DNA from: Geopsychrobacteraceae bacterium
GTDB lineage: Bacteria; Desulfobacterota; Desulfuromonadia; Desulfuromonadales; Geopsychrobacteraceae
Direction: 5' to 3'
Assembly (NCBI GenBank): GCA_963676795.2
Contig: CAXXTB010000002.1
Location: 2,112,001-2,176,000, forward strand
Length of the DNA: 64,000 nt
The translations under genes and the position numbers were made by a program. Below the pieces are notes generated by a model, which worked only from the letters and a program-made list of their open reading frames with translations, searched no databases and was not told the DNA's origin. The first letter of the stretch is position 1, and each line of letters begins with the position of its first letter. Shown piece by piece: positions 55,275 through 64,000 of this stretch.

Positions 55275-56255
55275 ATGCAACCAAATCAGAAACTCATCAG
55301 AACAATATTAGCAGACAGCCCTATTTTACTGGCCCCGATGGCAGGAATCTCCAACCTCCCCTTTCGTCGCATCATGAAAGGGTTCGGTGCTGCGCTGGTC
55401 TTTTCCGAAATGATCAGTGCCAATGGACTGATCAGGGCCGGGCACAAGACCAGAGAGCTGATGGATTCCCATCCGGACGAGTCGCCGCTGGGGGTTCAGC
55501 TTTTCGGCGATGACCCAGAAGTGCTAGCCAAAGCGGTTGATATCATCAAGGAGGAGTCCTTCCTGATCGATATCAACATGGGCTGTCCGGTGAAAAAGGT
55601 GATCGGCAGTGGCGCTGGAAGCGCCCTGCTCAAAGAGCCGCAACGGATTCAGCGGATTATCGCTGAAATTCGCAAGAACTACCAGGGGCTCCTGACCATA
55701 AAGATCAGATCCGGCTGGGACAGTGCAGCGCTCAACTATCTCGAGATTGGCAAAATTGCCGAAAACGAGGGAGCCGATGCCATCACCCTCCATCCGCGAA
55801 CCCGGGTCCAGGGGTTCTCGGGAACTGCCGACTGGACGCACATCGCTGCCCTGAAAAAGCACCTTAATATACCAGTGTTTGGGAGTGGCGACATCTTTAC
55901 GCCGCAGGACGGTATCAGGATGCTAGAAACCACCGACTGTGACGCGATCATGATCGGCCGAGGCGGCTACGGCAACCCGTGGCTGCTGAAACAGATCCTC
56001 GAACTGCTCCATGGTCAGCCGCCGAGCAGTCCGACGCCTTCAGAAAAACTGAAGGTCGCCATGTTGCACCTGGAGCTGTTCCTGGAACAGTTTGGTGAAC
56101 GCAAAACCGTTCTGGAGATGCGCAAGCACCTGTGCTGGTACGCACGCGGGCTGGCCGGGGCCAGCCAGTATCGTGTTCAACTCCAGAAAACCGAACGTCT
56201 CGATCAGATGATCGAGCTGTCACATGACTTCTTTTCGAATGCAGAGAATCAATGA
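55275..56255 (+). CDS. dusB: tRNA-dihydrouridine synthase B (NifR3 family)
   Basis: LAPMAGIS, IDINMGCPVKKV, GAGSALL, KIRSGWD, HPRT, MIGRG. Confidence 0.95.
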   Translation: MQPNQKLIRTILADSPILLAPMAGISNLPFRRIMKGFGAALVFSEMISANGLIRAGHKTRELMDSHPDESPLGVQLFGDDPEVLAKAVDIIKEESFLIDINMGCPVKKVIGSGAGSALLKEPQRIQRIIAEIRKNYQGLLTIKIRSGWDSAALNYLEIGKIAENEGADAITLHPRTRVQGFSGTADWTHIAALKKHLNIPVFGSGDIFTPQDGIRMLETTDCDAIMIGRGGYGNPWLLKQILELLHGQPPSSPTPSEKLKVAMLHLELFLEQFGERKTVLEMRKHLCWYARGLAGASQYRVQLQKTERLDQMIELSHDFFSNAENQ

Positions 56256-57376
56256 CACAAGAACAGTTGACACCGCTGGAATATGAAATGATCCTGGAAA
56301 ACATCGATGACGCTGTTATCGCCGTCGATCAGAACGGGATCATTACCCTTTTCAACCCTGCAGCGCAGAACTTCACCGGCCTTTCGGAAAAACAGACCGT
56401 CGGTAAAACCTTCAGCGAATGCTTCGACTGGCAGGAGTCCCTCTGCTACCTGCTCAACACCTCGCTGACGACCGGGCGTTCGATCTCGGACCATGAAACC
56501 GTGACCCTGTCGCAATCGGACAAGCGCCGGGAGCGACCGGTCAGCGTTACGGTTTCACCGATTTTTTCCTCTTCAGGCAGTCAACTGGGTGCGGTCATCA
56601 TTCTTCACGACATGACCCAGGTCAGATCGCTCGAAGATGCGGTGCGCCACGCAGACCGCCTGACCATGGTCGGCACCATGGCCTCCGGACTGGCTCATGA
56701 GATCAAGAATCCTCTCGGCGGCATCAAGGGCTCGGCCCAGCTGCTGCAGATGGAACTGGGCGAGAACAATGAGATCCAGGAATACGTCAGCCTGATCATC
56801 AAGGAGACCGAACGGGTCAACCGGATCATCGAGGAACTGCTCGATCTGGCCCGTCCGCGCAAGGCCTGTATTTCACCGGTCAATATCAGCAAACTGCTCG
56901 ATCAGCAGGTCAAACTGCAGAGCAGTGCTTCACACCAGAAAGGGATTGTCTTCAAATGGCAGCTCGACCCGAGTATTCCGGAGATACCTGGTGACGAAGA
57001 CCTCTTGACCCGGCTGTTTCTCAACCTGATCAAGAATGCCTGTGAAGCAAATCCGGAAAACAGTGAAATAGTTATTGCCAGCAGGATCGATGCGGAATAC
57101 CATCTGAGTTTACCGGGAGCCCGTCCGACCCCGATGGTACAAATACGTATCAGCGATCAGGGTCCGGGAATCTCCCCTGAGCAGCGTGAACAGATTCTGA
57201 CTCCGTTCTACACGACAAAGTCGGGGGGGAGCGGTCTTGGCCTGGCGATCTGCCAGAAAATCGTAAACGACCATGGCGGTCTGATGCATTTCAACGAACG
57301 AACGGAGGGGGGGACGACGGTTCAGGTCTCACTGCCCCTTTTCGCGAGTCGTAGAGCTCCACAACAAAACCAGTAA
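56252..57376 (+). CDS. ntrB: PAS sensor histidine kinase, NtrB-like
   Basis: PAS domain, LAHEIKNPLGGIKGSAQLL, NLIKNA, DQGPGI, GSGLGL; dusB-ntrB-ntrC synteny. Confidence 0.85.
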   Translation: MTQEQLTPLEYEMILENIDDAVIAVDQNGIITLFNPAAQNFTGLSEKQTVGKTFSECFDWQESLCYLLNTSLTTGRSISDHETVTLSQSDKRRERPVSVTVSPIFSSSGSQLGAVIILHDMTQVRSLEDAVRHADRLTMVGTMASGLAHEIKNPLGGIKGSAQLLQMELGENNEIQEYVSLIIKETERVNRIIEELLDLARPRKACISPVNISKLLDQQVKLQSSASHQKGIVFKWQLDPSIPEIPGDEDLLTRLFLNLIKNACEANPENSEIVIASRIDAEYHLSLPGARPTPMVQIRISDQGPGISPEQREQILTPFYTTKSGGSGLGLAICQKIVNDHGGLMHFNERTEGGTTVQVSLPLFASRRAPQQNQ

Positions 57377-57391
57377 AGGACAAAAAAGCTC

Positions 57392-58834
57392 ATGGCGATC
57401 AAACGGATCCTTGTTGCTGACGATGAAGAAAGTATCCGCTGGGTTCTTTCCAAAGCTCTCAAAAAGCAGGGTTTTAGCGTCGACCTTGCCGAAGATGGCA
57501 ACGAAGCGAAAAAACTGGCAAGGCAAAATCATTATGACCTTGCGGTTCTCGATATCAAAATGCCGGGCATCCAGGGCCTCGATCTGCTCAAGCAGTTTCG
57601 CGTCGAACATCCCGATACCCTGGTCATTATCATGACGGCCGAAGCAACCATGGAACATGCCGTCACAGCCATGAAGAACGGAGCCTATGACTACCTGACC
57701 AAACCGTTCGATCTGGCGGCACTGGATGCCATCATCCTTAAAGCGACCAAAGCCGCCGAGGTCACCGAACAGATCGACCAGCTCAAGGAGGAGCTCCAGG
57801 GGCAGTACAACTTCGGGCGGACCATCATCGGCAACAGCCAGGCCATGCAGGAGGTCTACAAGACCCTTGGCCGGGTTGCGGAATCGGATGTCACCGTCCT
57901 GGTCACCGGCGAGAGCGGCACCGGCAAGGAACTGATCGCCAGGGCAATCCATGTCAACAGCCGCCGCCTTGGCAAACCCTTCCTCGCCCTGAACTGCGCG
58001 GCCATCCCCGGCGAACTGCTGGAGAACGAACTGTTCGGCCATGAACGCGGGGCCTTTACCGGTGCCACCGACCGCAAAGCCGGCAAATTCGAACAGGCCG
58101 ACGGCGGCACCCTGTTCCTTGACGAAATCGGTGATATGCCGCTGGAACTGCAGGCCAAGCTACTGCGCGTTCTGCAGGAAAAAGAGATCACCCGGACCGG
58201 CGGCAGCCAGACGATCAACGTCGATGTGCGGATCGTCGCAGCAACCAATCAGAACCTGGCGGAACAGGTCAAGGCGAAGGAGTTCCGTGAGGATCTCTAC
58301 TACCGGCTCAACGTCGTGCCGATCTCGCTGCCAGCCCTGCGCGACCGCCGCGAAGACATCCCGATGCTTGTCGAATTCTTCCTCAAACGGGCCAAACAGG
58401 ATCTCGGCATCGACATCATGGAATGCAGCCCGGAAGCACTGCAGCTGCTCAAGTCTCACGACTGGCCGGGCAACGTCCGCGAGCTGGAAAACGTCATCAA
58501 GCGGGCGGCGCTGCTGTCACCCAACCATGTCCTGACCCCACCGGACTTTCCGGGCCTGCTCGACACTGGCCGGGTCAGAAGTCAGGATGAGTCGCTGGAG
58601 GCGCTGGTCGCCAGAAAACTCGAGAACTCACTGGCCCAGATGAACCTCCAGGAAATGAACAATCTCTACGAAATGGTCCTCCATCAGGTCGAGCGTCCGC
58701 TGATCAACATCGTCCTCAACAAAACCAGGGGCAACCAGGTGCAGACGGCCGACATTCTCGGCATCAACCGCAACACCCTGAGAAAAAAGATCAAGACTCT
58801 GGAGATCGACGTCAAACGTGGGCAGGACTCCTGA
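57392..58834 (+). CDS. ntrC: Sigma54-dependent response regulator, NtrC-like
   Basis: REC, GESGTGKE, ELFGHERGAFTGA, WPGNVRELEN, Fis-like HTH LGINRNTLRKK. Confidence 0.88.
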   Translation: MAIKRILVADDEESIRWVLSKALKKQGFSVDLAEDGNEAKKLARQNHYDLAVLDIKMPGIQGLDLLKQFRVEHPDTLVIIMTAEATMEHAVTAMKNGAYDYLTKPFDLAALDAIILKATKAAEVTEQIDQLKEELQGQYNFGRTIIGNSQAMQEVYKTLGRVAESDVTVLVTGESGTGKELIARAIHVNSRRLGKPFLALNCAAIPGELLENELFGHERGAFTGATDRKAGKFEQADGGTLFLDEIGDMPLELQAKLLRVLQEKEITRTGGSQTINVDVRIVAATNQNLAEQVKAKEFREDLYYRLNVVPISLPALRDRREDIPMLVEFFLKRAKQDLGIDIMECSPEALQLLKSHDWPGNVRELENVIKRAALLSPNHVLTPPDFPGLLDTGRVRSQDESLEALVARKLENSLAQMNLQEMNNLYEMVLHQVERPLINIVLNKTRGNQVQTADILGINRNTLRKKIKTLEIDVKRGQDS

Positions 58835-58854
58835 CACTCCACAGTAAAAGCATA

Positions 58855-58889
58855 AAAAGCCCGGTGCTGCCATGCCGCACCGGGCTTTT
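58855..58889. terminator. Bidirectional terminator
   Basis: aaaagcccggtgc-N9-gcaccgggctttt. Confidence 0.85.
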
Positions 58890-58912
58890 CTTTTGCGTGT
58901 TCTTTCTTTTGA

Positions 58913-59410
58913 CTAACAGGCCTCGGCCAGAGTGTCCTCCTGGCCTTCCACCAGGGCTTGTACGTTGAGCAAAATCTTAACGTCCTTGTCGAACTTGGCC
59001 AGCCCTTCGATGTAATCACCCTGACAGGTGCTTGCACTGTCACTGATCTGCTCAGCGGCTATATCGACGACCTCCTTGACCCGATCAACCATCAGTCCCA
59101 TTGTCGTTTCCTCAACCTGGGTAACAATGACGCAGGTGCGATCATCGCACTCCCGTTCGGGCATACCGAAACGGATTCGGGCATCCATCAGAGGAATGAT
59201 TTTGCCGCGCAGGTTCAGTATCCCCTTGATCTCCCGTGGCATGCCGGGCACCTGGGTAATTTTCTGCATGCCGATAATCTCGGTCACATGATCGACCGCG
59301 ATACCATAGTCCTCGTCCTGAAGCCTGAAGGTCAGATAGAGCCGGCTTCCCGACTTCCCACCGGCATCTATATTTTCGTAACGTACTTGCTGTCTGTCGT
59401 CGCTGCTCAT
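58913..59410 (-). CDS. cheW: Chemotaxis protein CheW
   Basis: YLTFRL, VTEIIG, ITQVPG, GILNLRGKIIPLMD, GLMVDRVKEV. Confidence 0.94.
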   Translation of the reverse strand: MSSDDRQQVRYENIDAGGKSGSRLYLTFRLQDEDYGIAVDHVTEIIGMQKITQVPGMPREIKGILNLRGKIIPLMDARIRFGMPERECDDRTCVIVTQVEETTMGLMVDRVKEVVDIAAEQISDSASTCQGDYIEGLAKFDKDVKILLNVQALVEGQEDTLAEAC

Positions 59411-59425
59411 CACCTACCCCTTTAC

Positions 59426-61258
59426 TTAATACTTGCCGAATTCGCTGTCATCCAGAGCTATCTGTACAGCCCCCGAGGAAACACCGTACCCTTTTTGAGC
59501 AACCGGCTTGCTACTGACCGGCTTGCCCTCATAAGCCTTGGCAACCGAAGGGGTATGAGGGTTCATTGAACCAACCGTACCTACCCCACCCTTGAGGATG
59601 AAACGTTGCAGCATCTGGCGCAGGTGCTCAGCCTGGCCGGACAGCTCTTCAGAAGCGGCGGCACTCTCTTCGGCACTGGCGGTGTTCTGCTGGGTGACCT
59701 GATCAATCTGGGTGACCCCTTCGGTAATCTGGTTGACACCCTCAGCCTGTTCACGGCTGGCCGCGGCGATCTCGGTTACCAGGTCGTTGACCTTGCCGAT
59801 CCCTTCAACAACACCACGCAGGGCCTCAGAGGTCTGGTTGGCAATCGCACTGCCGTTGGCGGCTTTTTCGACAGACCCCTCGATCAGCTCAGCTGTTTCC
59901 TCGGCAGCCTTGGCACTGCGTGCTGCCAGATTGCGGACCTCTTCAGCGACCACGGCAAACCCCTTGCCATGCTGTCCGGCACGGGCCGCTTCGACGGCGG
60001 CGTTCAAAGCCAGCAGATTGGTCTGGAACGCGATCTCGTCAATCCGCTTGATGATCTTGGAGATATTCTGGCTCGCAGAGTTGATGTCCTCCATGGCTAC
60101 GATCATTTCCGCCATCCGCTGATTGCCAATCTCAGCAGCGTCGCGTGCCTCGCTCGACAGGGCGTTGGCCTGCTGGGCGTTATCCGCGTTGACTGTGGTC
60201 TGAGCACTCAGTTCGTTCAGTGAAGCCGAAATTTCCTCAAGGGAACTGGCCGACTCCGTCGCCCCCTGGGACAGGGCCTGGCTGCTGTCGGCAACCTGAC
60301 CGGAGCCCGATGCGATCTGATCACCGGCAACCTGGATCTGAGCCATGACATCGTTGAGGTCCTCACCCAGCTTCTTCAGGGTCCCACGGATGACATCGTT
60401 TTCATCTCGCAGTTCGACATCAAAGCTCAAATCACCATCCGCGAGCTGCTGCAGGGAGTGGATCACCTCATGCTGAAGACTGTCAGCAAAACGATCCATG
60501 GTCTGGGCCATCATCCCGACCTCATCCTTATGAGTCATGCCGAGGCGCATTGTCAAATGGCCCATTTCCAGTTCCTGAATCATCTCCACAGCTTTACGCA
60601 TCGGGTTGGCAAGGCTTCTGGCCAACAGGTAGACCAGAATAAAGCTGACCAGAATCACGACCAGGGAAACGATGGCGACAATCGTCAGGGTTTCCATCAA
60701 CTGGGCAGCGATATCGTCCACATAGAGTCCCGCACCGACGACCCACCCCCACTCAGGGATCAGCTTGACGTAGGAGATCTTGCCGACAGGCTCTGTGACA
60801 CCCGGCTTCGGCCATTGATAGTCAACAAAACCGGCGTTCGAAGCCCGCGCAACCTTGGCCATCTCGACGAAAAGCGCCTTGCCGTCGGGATCGGTGATCG
60901 AGGCCAGATTCTTGCCTTCAAGCTCCGGCTTCATCGGGTGCATGACCATTTTCGGTTCAAGATCATTGATCCAGAAATAGTTATCCCCTTCGAAGCGGAC
61001 GTTGCGCAGCGCCTCACTGGCAAAGTGCTGAGCTTCTGCGGTTGTCATCGCACCACTTTCAGCCTGCTTGACGTAATACTCGACGACGCCCCAGGTTGAC
61101 TCAACGGCTCGCTGCACCGTTTCGTTCTTGCCGTCTGTCATCTTTCTGTCGAGCTCAAAGCTGGTATAGCCGACAGTCGCCAGAAACGCCACGATGATAA
61201 CGCCACAGAGCAGATAGATCTTTGTTCCGATTTTGAGATTATTGATAAATTTCAGCAT
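59426..61258 (-). CDS. Methyl-accepting chemotaxis protein with periplasmic single Cache domain
   Basis: TM-Cache ([35 protein letters not shown])-[40 protein letters not shown]. Confidence 0.95.
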   Translation of the reverse strand: MLKFINNLKIGTKIYLLCGVIIVAFLATVGYTSFELDRKMTDGKNETVQRAVESTWGVVEYYVKQAESGAMTTAEAQHFASEALRNVRFEGDNYFWINDLEPKMVMHPMKPELEGKNLASITDPDGKALFVEMAKVARASNAGFVDYQWPKPGVTEPVGKISYVKLIPEWGWVVGAGLYVDDIAAQLMETLTIVAIVSLVVILVSFILVYLLARSLANPMRKAVEMIQELEMGHLTMRLGMTHKDEVGMMAQTMDRFADSLQHEVIHSLQQLADGDLSFDVELRDENDVIRGTLKKLGEDLNDVMAQIQVAGDQIASGSGQVADSSQALSQGATESASSLEEISASLNELSAQTTVNADNAQQANALSSEARDAAEIGNQRMAEMIVAMEDINSASQNISKIIKRIDEIAFQTNLLALNAAVEAARAGQHGKGFAVVAEEVRNLAARSAKAAEETAELIEGSVEKAANGSAIANQTSEALRGVVEGIGKVNDLVTEIAAASREQAEGVNQITEGVTQIDQVTQQNTASAEESAAASEELSGQAEHLRQMLQRFILKGGVGTVGSMNPHTPSVAKAYEGKPVSSKPVAQKGYGVSSGAVQIALDDSEFGKY

Positions 61259-61268
61259 GACAGCCTCC

Positions 61269-61667
61269 TTATGCCAGGTTCTTGCTAGAATTTGTGTTTA
61301 CAGTCTTACTCAGTACCGTCCTCAGTTTGTCTGCCGCACAGATAATGAAATTGGCATCATCAGCCAACTGATCCTGATAACAGGTCGAATACTCATGATT
61401 TTCATTGCGCCTGACAAGCACGACCGGAATTCTCACATTGACCTCTTTCAAAAAAGCGATAAAAGGTTCGGGCAGTGTGCCTGCCCGTAAAGAATTGACG
61501 ACCAGCAGATCGGCAGTTTCGTTCCCCTTCTCAGCGGTGACGATCCGGTTCTGAAATTCTTCACGGTCACTGAAAGCAGTGACACGATAGCCGCTCAGCC
61601 TCAGCAGAAAGGCACCGCGCCGGCAGGTATCCATGTTTTCATCCAGGTAGTACAGCGCTATCCCCAT
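61269..61667 (-). CDS. Degenerate single-domain receiver-like protein
   Basis: REC-like pattern YLDE...[11 protein letters not shown]...DLLVVN...IPVVLV, with Asn at the phosphoacceptor position; AAGGAG SD. Confidence 0.6.
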   Translation of the reverse strand: MGIALYYLDENMDTCRRGAFLLRLSGYRVTAFSDREEFQNRIVTAEKGNETADLLVVNSLRAGTLPEPFIAFLKEVNVRIPVVLVRRNENHEYSTCYQDQLADDANFIICAADKLRTVLSKTVNTNSSKNLA

Positions 61668-61723
61668 GGCTCAATCTCCTTAACCAGACAGAAATCGGCG
61701 ACCCGTTTTCACAGAGGTTATTG

Positions 61724-61740
61724 AGCAATATGAGTGCCAA
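61724..61740 (-). promoter_or_regulatory. Sigma54 (-24/-12) promoter
   Basis: Minus strand TTGGCAC-tcata-TTGCT, matching the TGGCAC-N5-TTGCW consensus. Confidence 0.85.
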
Positions 61741-61927
61741 CTAACGCAAAAACAGCAACCCGCTGATTTTCCATAGTAAAAATCGGAGCTATTGAACCGC
61801 AAGGGGTGTAACCAAAGTTACCACCCCCAGCGAGAAATGATCTAAGAACTTGATTTAACGGATATTTTCACAAAAGATCAGAAGGGAACAGCTGTAACTA
61901 AATGCACAGGGGTTTGAGCGTTATTGA

Positions 61928-63331
61928 TTATGATTTTTCCTTGTTCAGCCGTTTATTCAGTGCAGGTCTGGAGATCCCGAGTAAACCGGCAGCGATAGAC
62001 TGGTTGCCGTCGGCTCGCTTCATCGCTTCATCGATCAGCAACTGGACGGTTTCTTCTATCGTCGGCAGACGGTCAGGAAAGACCAGGCCTGCAGAAAAAG
62101 CCTCCGGCAGGGAGTGCTCATCGCTATCGCTGATGATGCGGCGGAAACTTTCCATCGACAGCACCTTGCCCTGATGGCGGCTGACTGCATCATAGACCAT
62201 CGCCTCGAGTTCACGGATATTGCCCGGAAAGTGATAGGTCGACAACAGGGTCAGCAGTTCAGGGGGTGTGGTGGGAATCGGCTTACCAAGTTCCTGCGCT
62301 GCCTTGGCCAACAGATGCGGCACCAGCAGCTCCAGGTCCTCTTTTCGCTCACGCAATGGCGGAATATTGACCAGATGGGTATTCAGCCGGTAATAGAGAT
62401 CCTTGCGAAAGCGCCCCTGTTCCTGCAACCGGCGCAGGTCCTGATTGGTCGCCAGCACGATCCGGGTTCTGGTCTTCTTGACCCGGTCACTCCCCAAGGG
62501 CAGGTATTCTCCTTCCTGCAGCAGGCGTAACAGTTTCACCTGCGAGGTCAGGCACAGATCACCGATCTCATCGAGAAACAGGGTCCCCCCTTCGGCCTCT
62601 TCGATCATTCCGGAGCGGTTCTGATCCGCCCCGGTGAAGGCGCCCTTGACATGGCCGAACAGGGTATCGGAAAAGACATTATCATCAAGTCCCGCGACAT
62701 TGACGGCAACCCAGGGGCCCTGTGGAGTCGCCAGGGTATGAACGATCTTCGCCACCAACTCCTTGCCGACACCGCTCTCACCGACAATCAGCACCGGCTG
62801 GTGGCTGACGGCCAGAGCCTCGAGGTATTGAAAAACCGCCTTCATCTTCACCGACTGGGTCACCAGTTCGGAAAAGGCATCGGTATTCTTCAACTCATCA
62901 TTGAGCAGATTATCTTTCAGAGTCCGGTTTTCACGCTCCATCTCGACCAGCCTGAGAATTCGCTTCACACCACCGACCAGACGATCTTCCTCAACGGTTT
63001 TGACATAATAATCGGCCGCCCCCGCCTTGATACAGCGGACCGAAACCTCGACCTGATTGATCCCGGTCAGAACGATCACCGGGACACCGGGATGCTGTTC
63101 AACAATCTGCCCCAGGAGATCCTCACCGGAGAGATAAGGCATGGTCAGGTCGAGCAGAATCAAACTGACCTTCTGTTCGGCAAGCAGCGGCAGGACCTCG
63201 CGACTGTCCTGGCACTGCAGGATGTTGTTGATCCCGCCACTGCGCTCCAGAACCAGGGACAGGCTGCGCAGCCAGGGGCGCTCGTCATCAACCAGCAGAA
63301 CCGGATTTACGGGATAAAGAGATTTAGCCAT
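61928..63331 (-). CDS. Sigma54-dependent response regulator (REC-AAA+-HTH)
   Basis: LVDDE, LLDLTMP, GESGVGKE, LFGHVKGAFTGA, FPGNIRELE, HTH LGISRPALNKR. Confidence 0.93.
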   Translation of the reverse strand: MAKSLYPVNPVLLVDDERPWLRSLSLVLERSGGINNILQCQDSREVLPLLAEQKVSLILLDLTMPYLSGEDLLGQIVEQHPGVPVIVLTGINQVEVSVRCIKAGAADYYVKTVEEDRLVGGVKRILRLVEMERENRTLKDNLLNDELKNTDAFSELVTQSVKMKAVFQYLEALAVSHQPVLIVGESGVGKELVAKIVHTLATPQGPWVAVNVAGLDDNVFSDTLFGHVKGAFTGADQNRSGMIEEAEGGTLFLDEIGDLCLTSQVKLLRLLQEGEYLPLGSDRVKKTRTRIVLATNQDLRRLQEQGRFRKDLYYRLNTHLVNIPPLRERKEDLELLVPHLLAKAAQELGKPIPTTPPELLTLLSTYHFPGNIRELEAMVYDAVSRHQGKVLSMESFRRIISDSDEHSLPEAFSAGLVFPDRLPTIEETVQLLIDEAMKRADGNQSIAAGLLGISRPALNKRLNKEKS

Positions 63332-64000
63332 CCTCGTTCCTTTCAATGACAGGGAGCTCTACCCGGACAACGGTTCCCTTCGGAGCATTCTTTTCGAAGA
63401 CCAGCTCCCCCTTATGCTCTTTGACGATCCTTGCCGATACGGAAAGACCAAGGCCTGTGCCCCCCTCGGCACGCTTGGTCGTGAAGAACGGATCGGTCAG
63501 GCGCAACAGATTCTCATCGGCGATACCACTGCCCTGGTCCCGGATCTCTATGACACAGCAATCCTTCTTCCGATCGTGAAAGGTCGCAACATGAATAGCT
63601 TCCGTTCTGCAGGTCAGGGCCTGGGCCGCATTGATCAGCAGGTTCATCACAACCTGCTCGATACGGTGGGCATTTCCCAGAACCAGAGGCAATTCAGGGT
63701 CGAGCTGACAGTCAAAATTATCTGTAGACCTTTTGAGCTGGTTGGTCAGCAGACGAACAGCGGCAGACACCGACTGATTGACATCAAACGGGTCCTCGTG
63801 ACCAGTGACTTCCATTCGGACAAAATCTTTAAGATCGTCAACAATCCTCTTGATATGCTGGGCGCTCTGCTGCATCTCGGCAAGCATACCCGGCAGTTCC
63901 TCGCGCATCCGGGAATAGTTGAGCCCGGCGAAATCGAAATCGCCCTCTTCATCATAACGCTGATCAAGCATAGCCAAAGAATCATCGAGAGCAGCCTTCA
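63324..64000 (-). CDS. Sensor histidine kinase, C-terminal part (starts beyond the window end)
   Basis: EQVVMNLLINA, DQGSGI, DPFFTTK, GTGLGLSVS; the frame stays open to 64000. Confidence 0.9.
   Translation of the reverse strand, partial: KAALDDSLAMLDQRYDEEGDFDFAGLNYSRMREELPGMLAEMQQSAQHIKRIVDDLKDFVRMEVTGHEDPFDVNQSVSAAVRLLTNQLKRSTDNFDCQLDPELPLVLGNAHRIEQVVMNLLINAAQALTCRTEAIHVATFHDRKKDCCVIEIRDQGSGIADENLLRLTDPFFTTKRAEGGTGLGLSVSARIVKEHKGELVFEKNAPKGTVVRVELPVIERNEDG

Noticed and set aside
1..64000. CRISPR arrays, tRNA/rRNA genes, transposases, GEMM riboswitches, and a 'ribosome rescue island' (EF-G2, ABC-F, Smr, HflX, YqjD)
   Set aside because: None of the RNA or mobile features was recognisable by eye, although a covariance search could still find weak ones. 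The translation-related genes are scattered in separate transcription units, so the clustering is probably coincidental.

Overview
Gene-dense chromosomal segment, most likely from a Desulfuromonadales bacterium (Desulfuromonas/Pelobacter/Geobacter-like). This is inferred from the eukaryote-type citrate synthase, the long-form HflX and the dusB-ntrB-ntrC arrangement. It holds about 50 CDSs: a divergent EF-G paralog, nadC-birA-coaX, MscS, a giant hybrid kinase with an HD-GYP regulator, Hsp20, a livKHMGF transporter, an ABC-F ATPase, RNase E, cysK, an Smr protein, a lytic transglycosylase, hflX, fabI, leuCD, a yqjD/E/K-like trio, ilvBN, a TAXI-TRAP transporter, two methyltransferases, gltA, dusB-ntrBC, and a sigma54-driven pseudo-receiver/MCP/CheW operon next to a bEBP two-component pair. 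I saw no rRNA, tRNA, CRISPR array, transposase or prophage. The best leads are: (1) a stand-alone gene with the signature motifs of 2-deoxy-scyllo-inosose synthase (BtrC-like), with no aminoglycoside genes nearby and next to a solo dynamin and a G16 tract; (2) a membrane HAMP-GGDEF enzyme with a GGDDY motif and the Hypr Asp->Ser substitution, a candidate 3',3'-cGAMP synthase, translationally coupled to an unknown lipoprotein; (3) an EF-G paralog lacking the catalytic His; (4) a MITE/REP-like palindromic element and several structured leaders and operators. All motif comparisons were made by eye against remembered reference sequences; no database searches were run.
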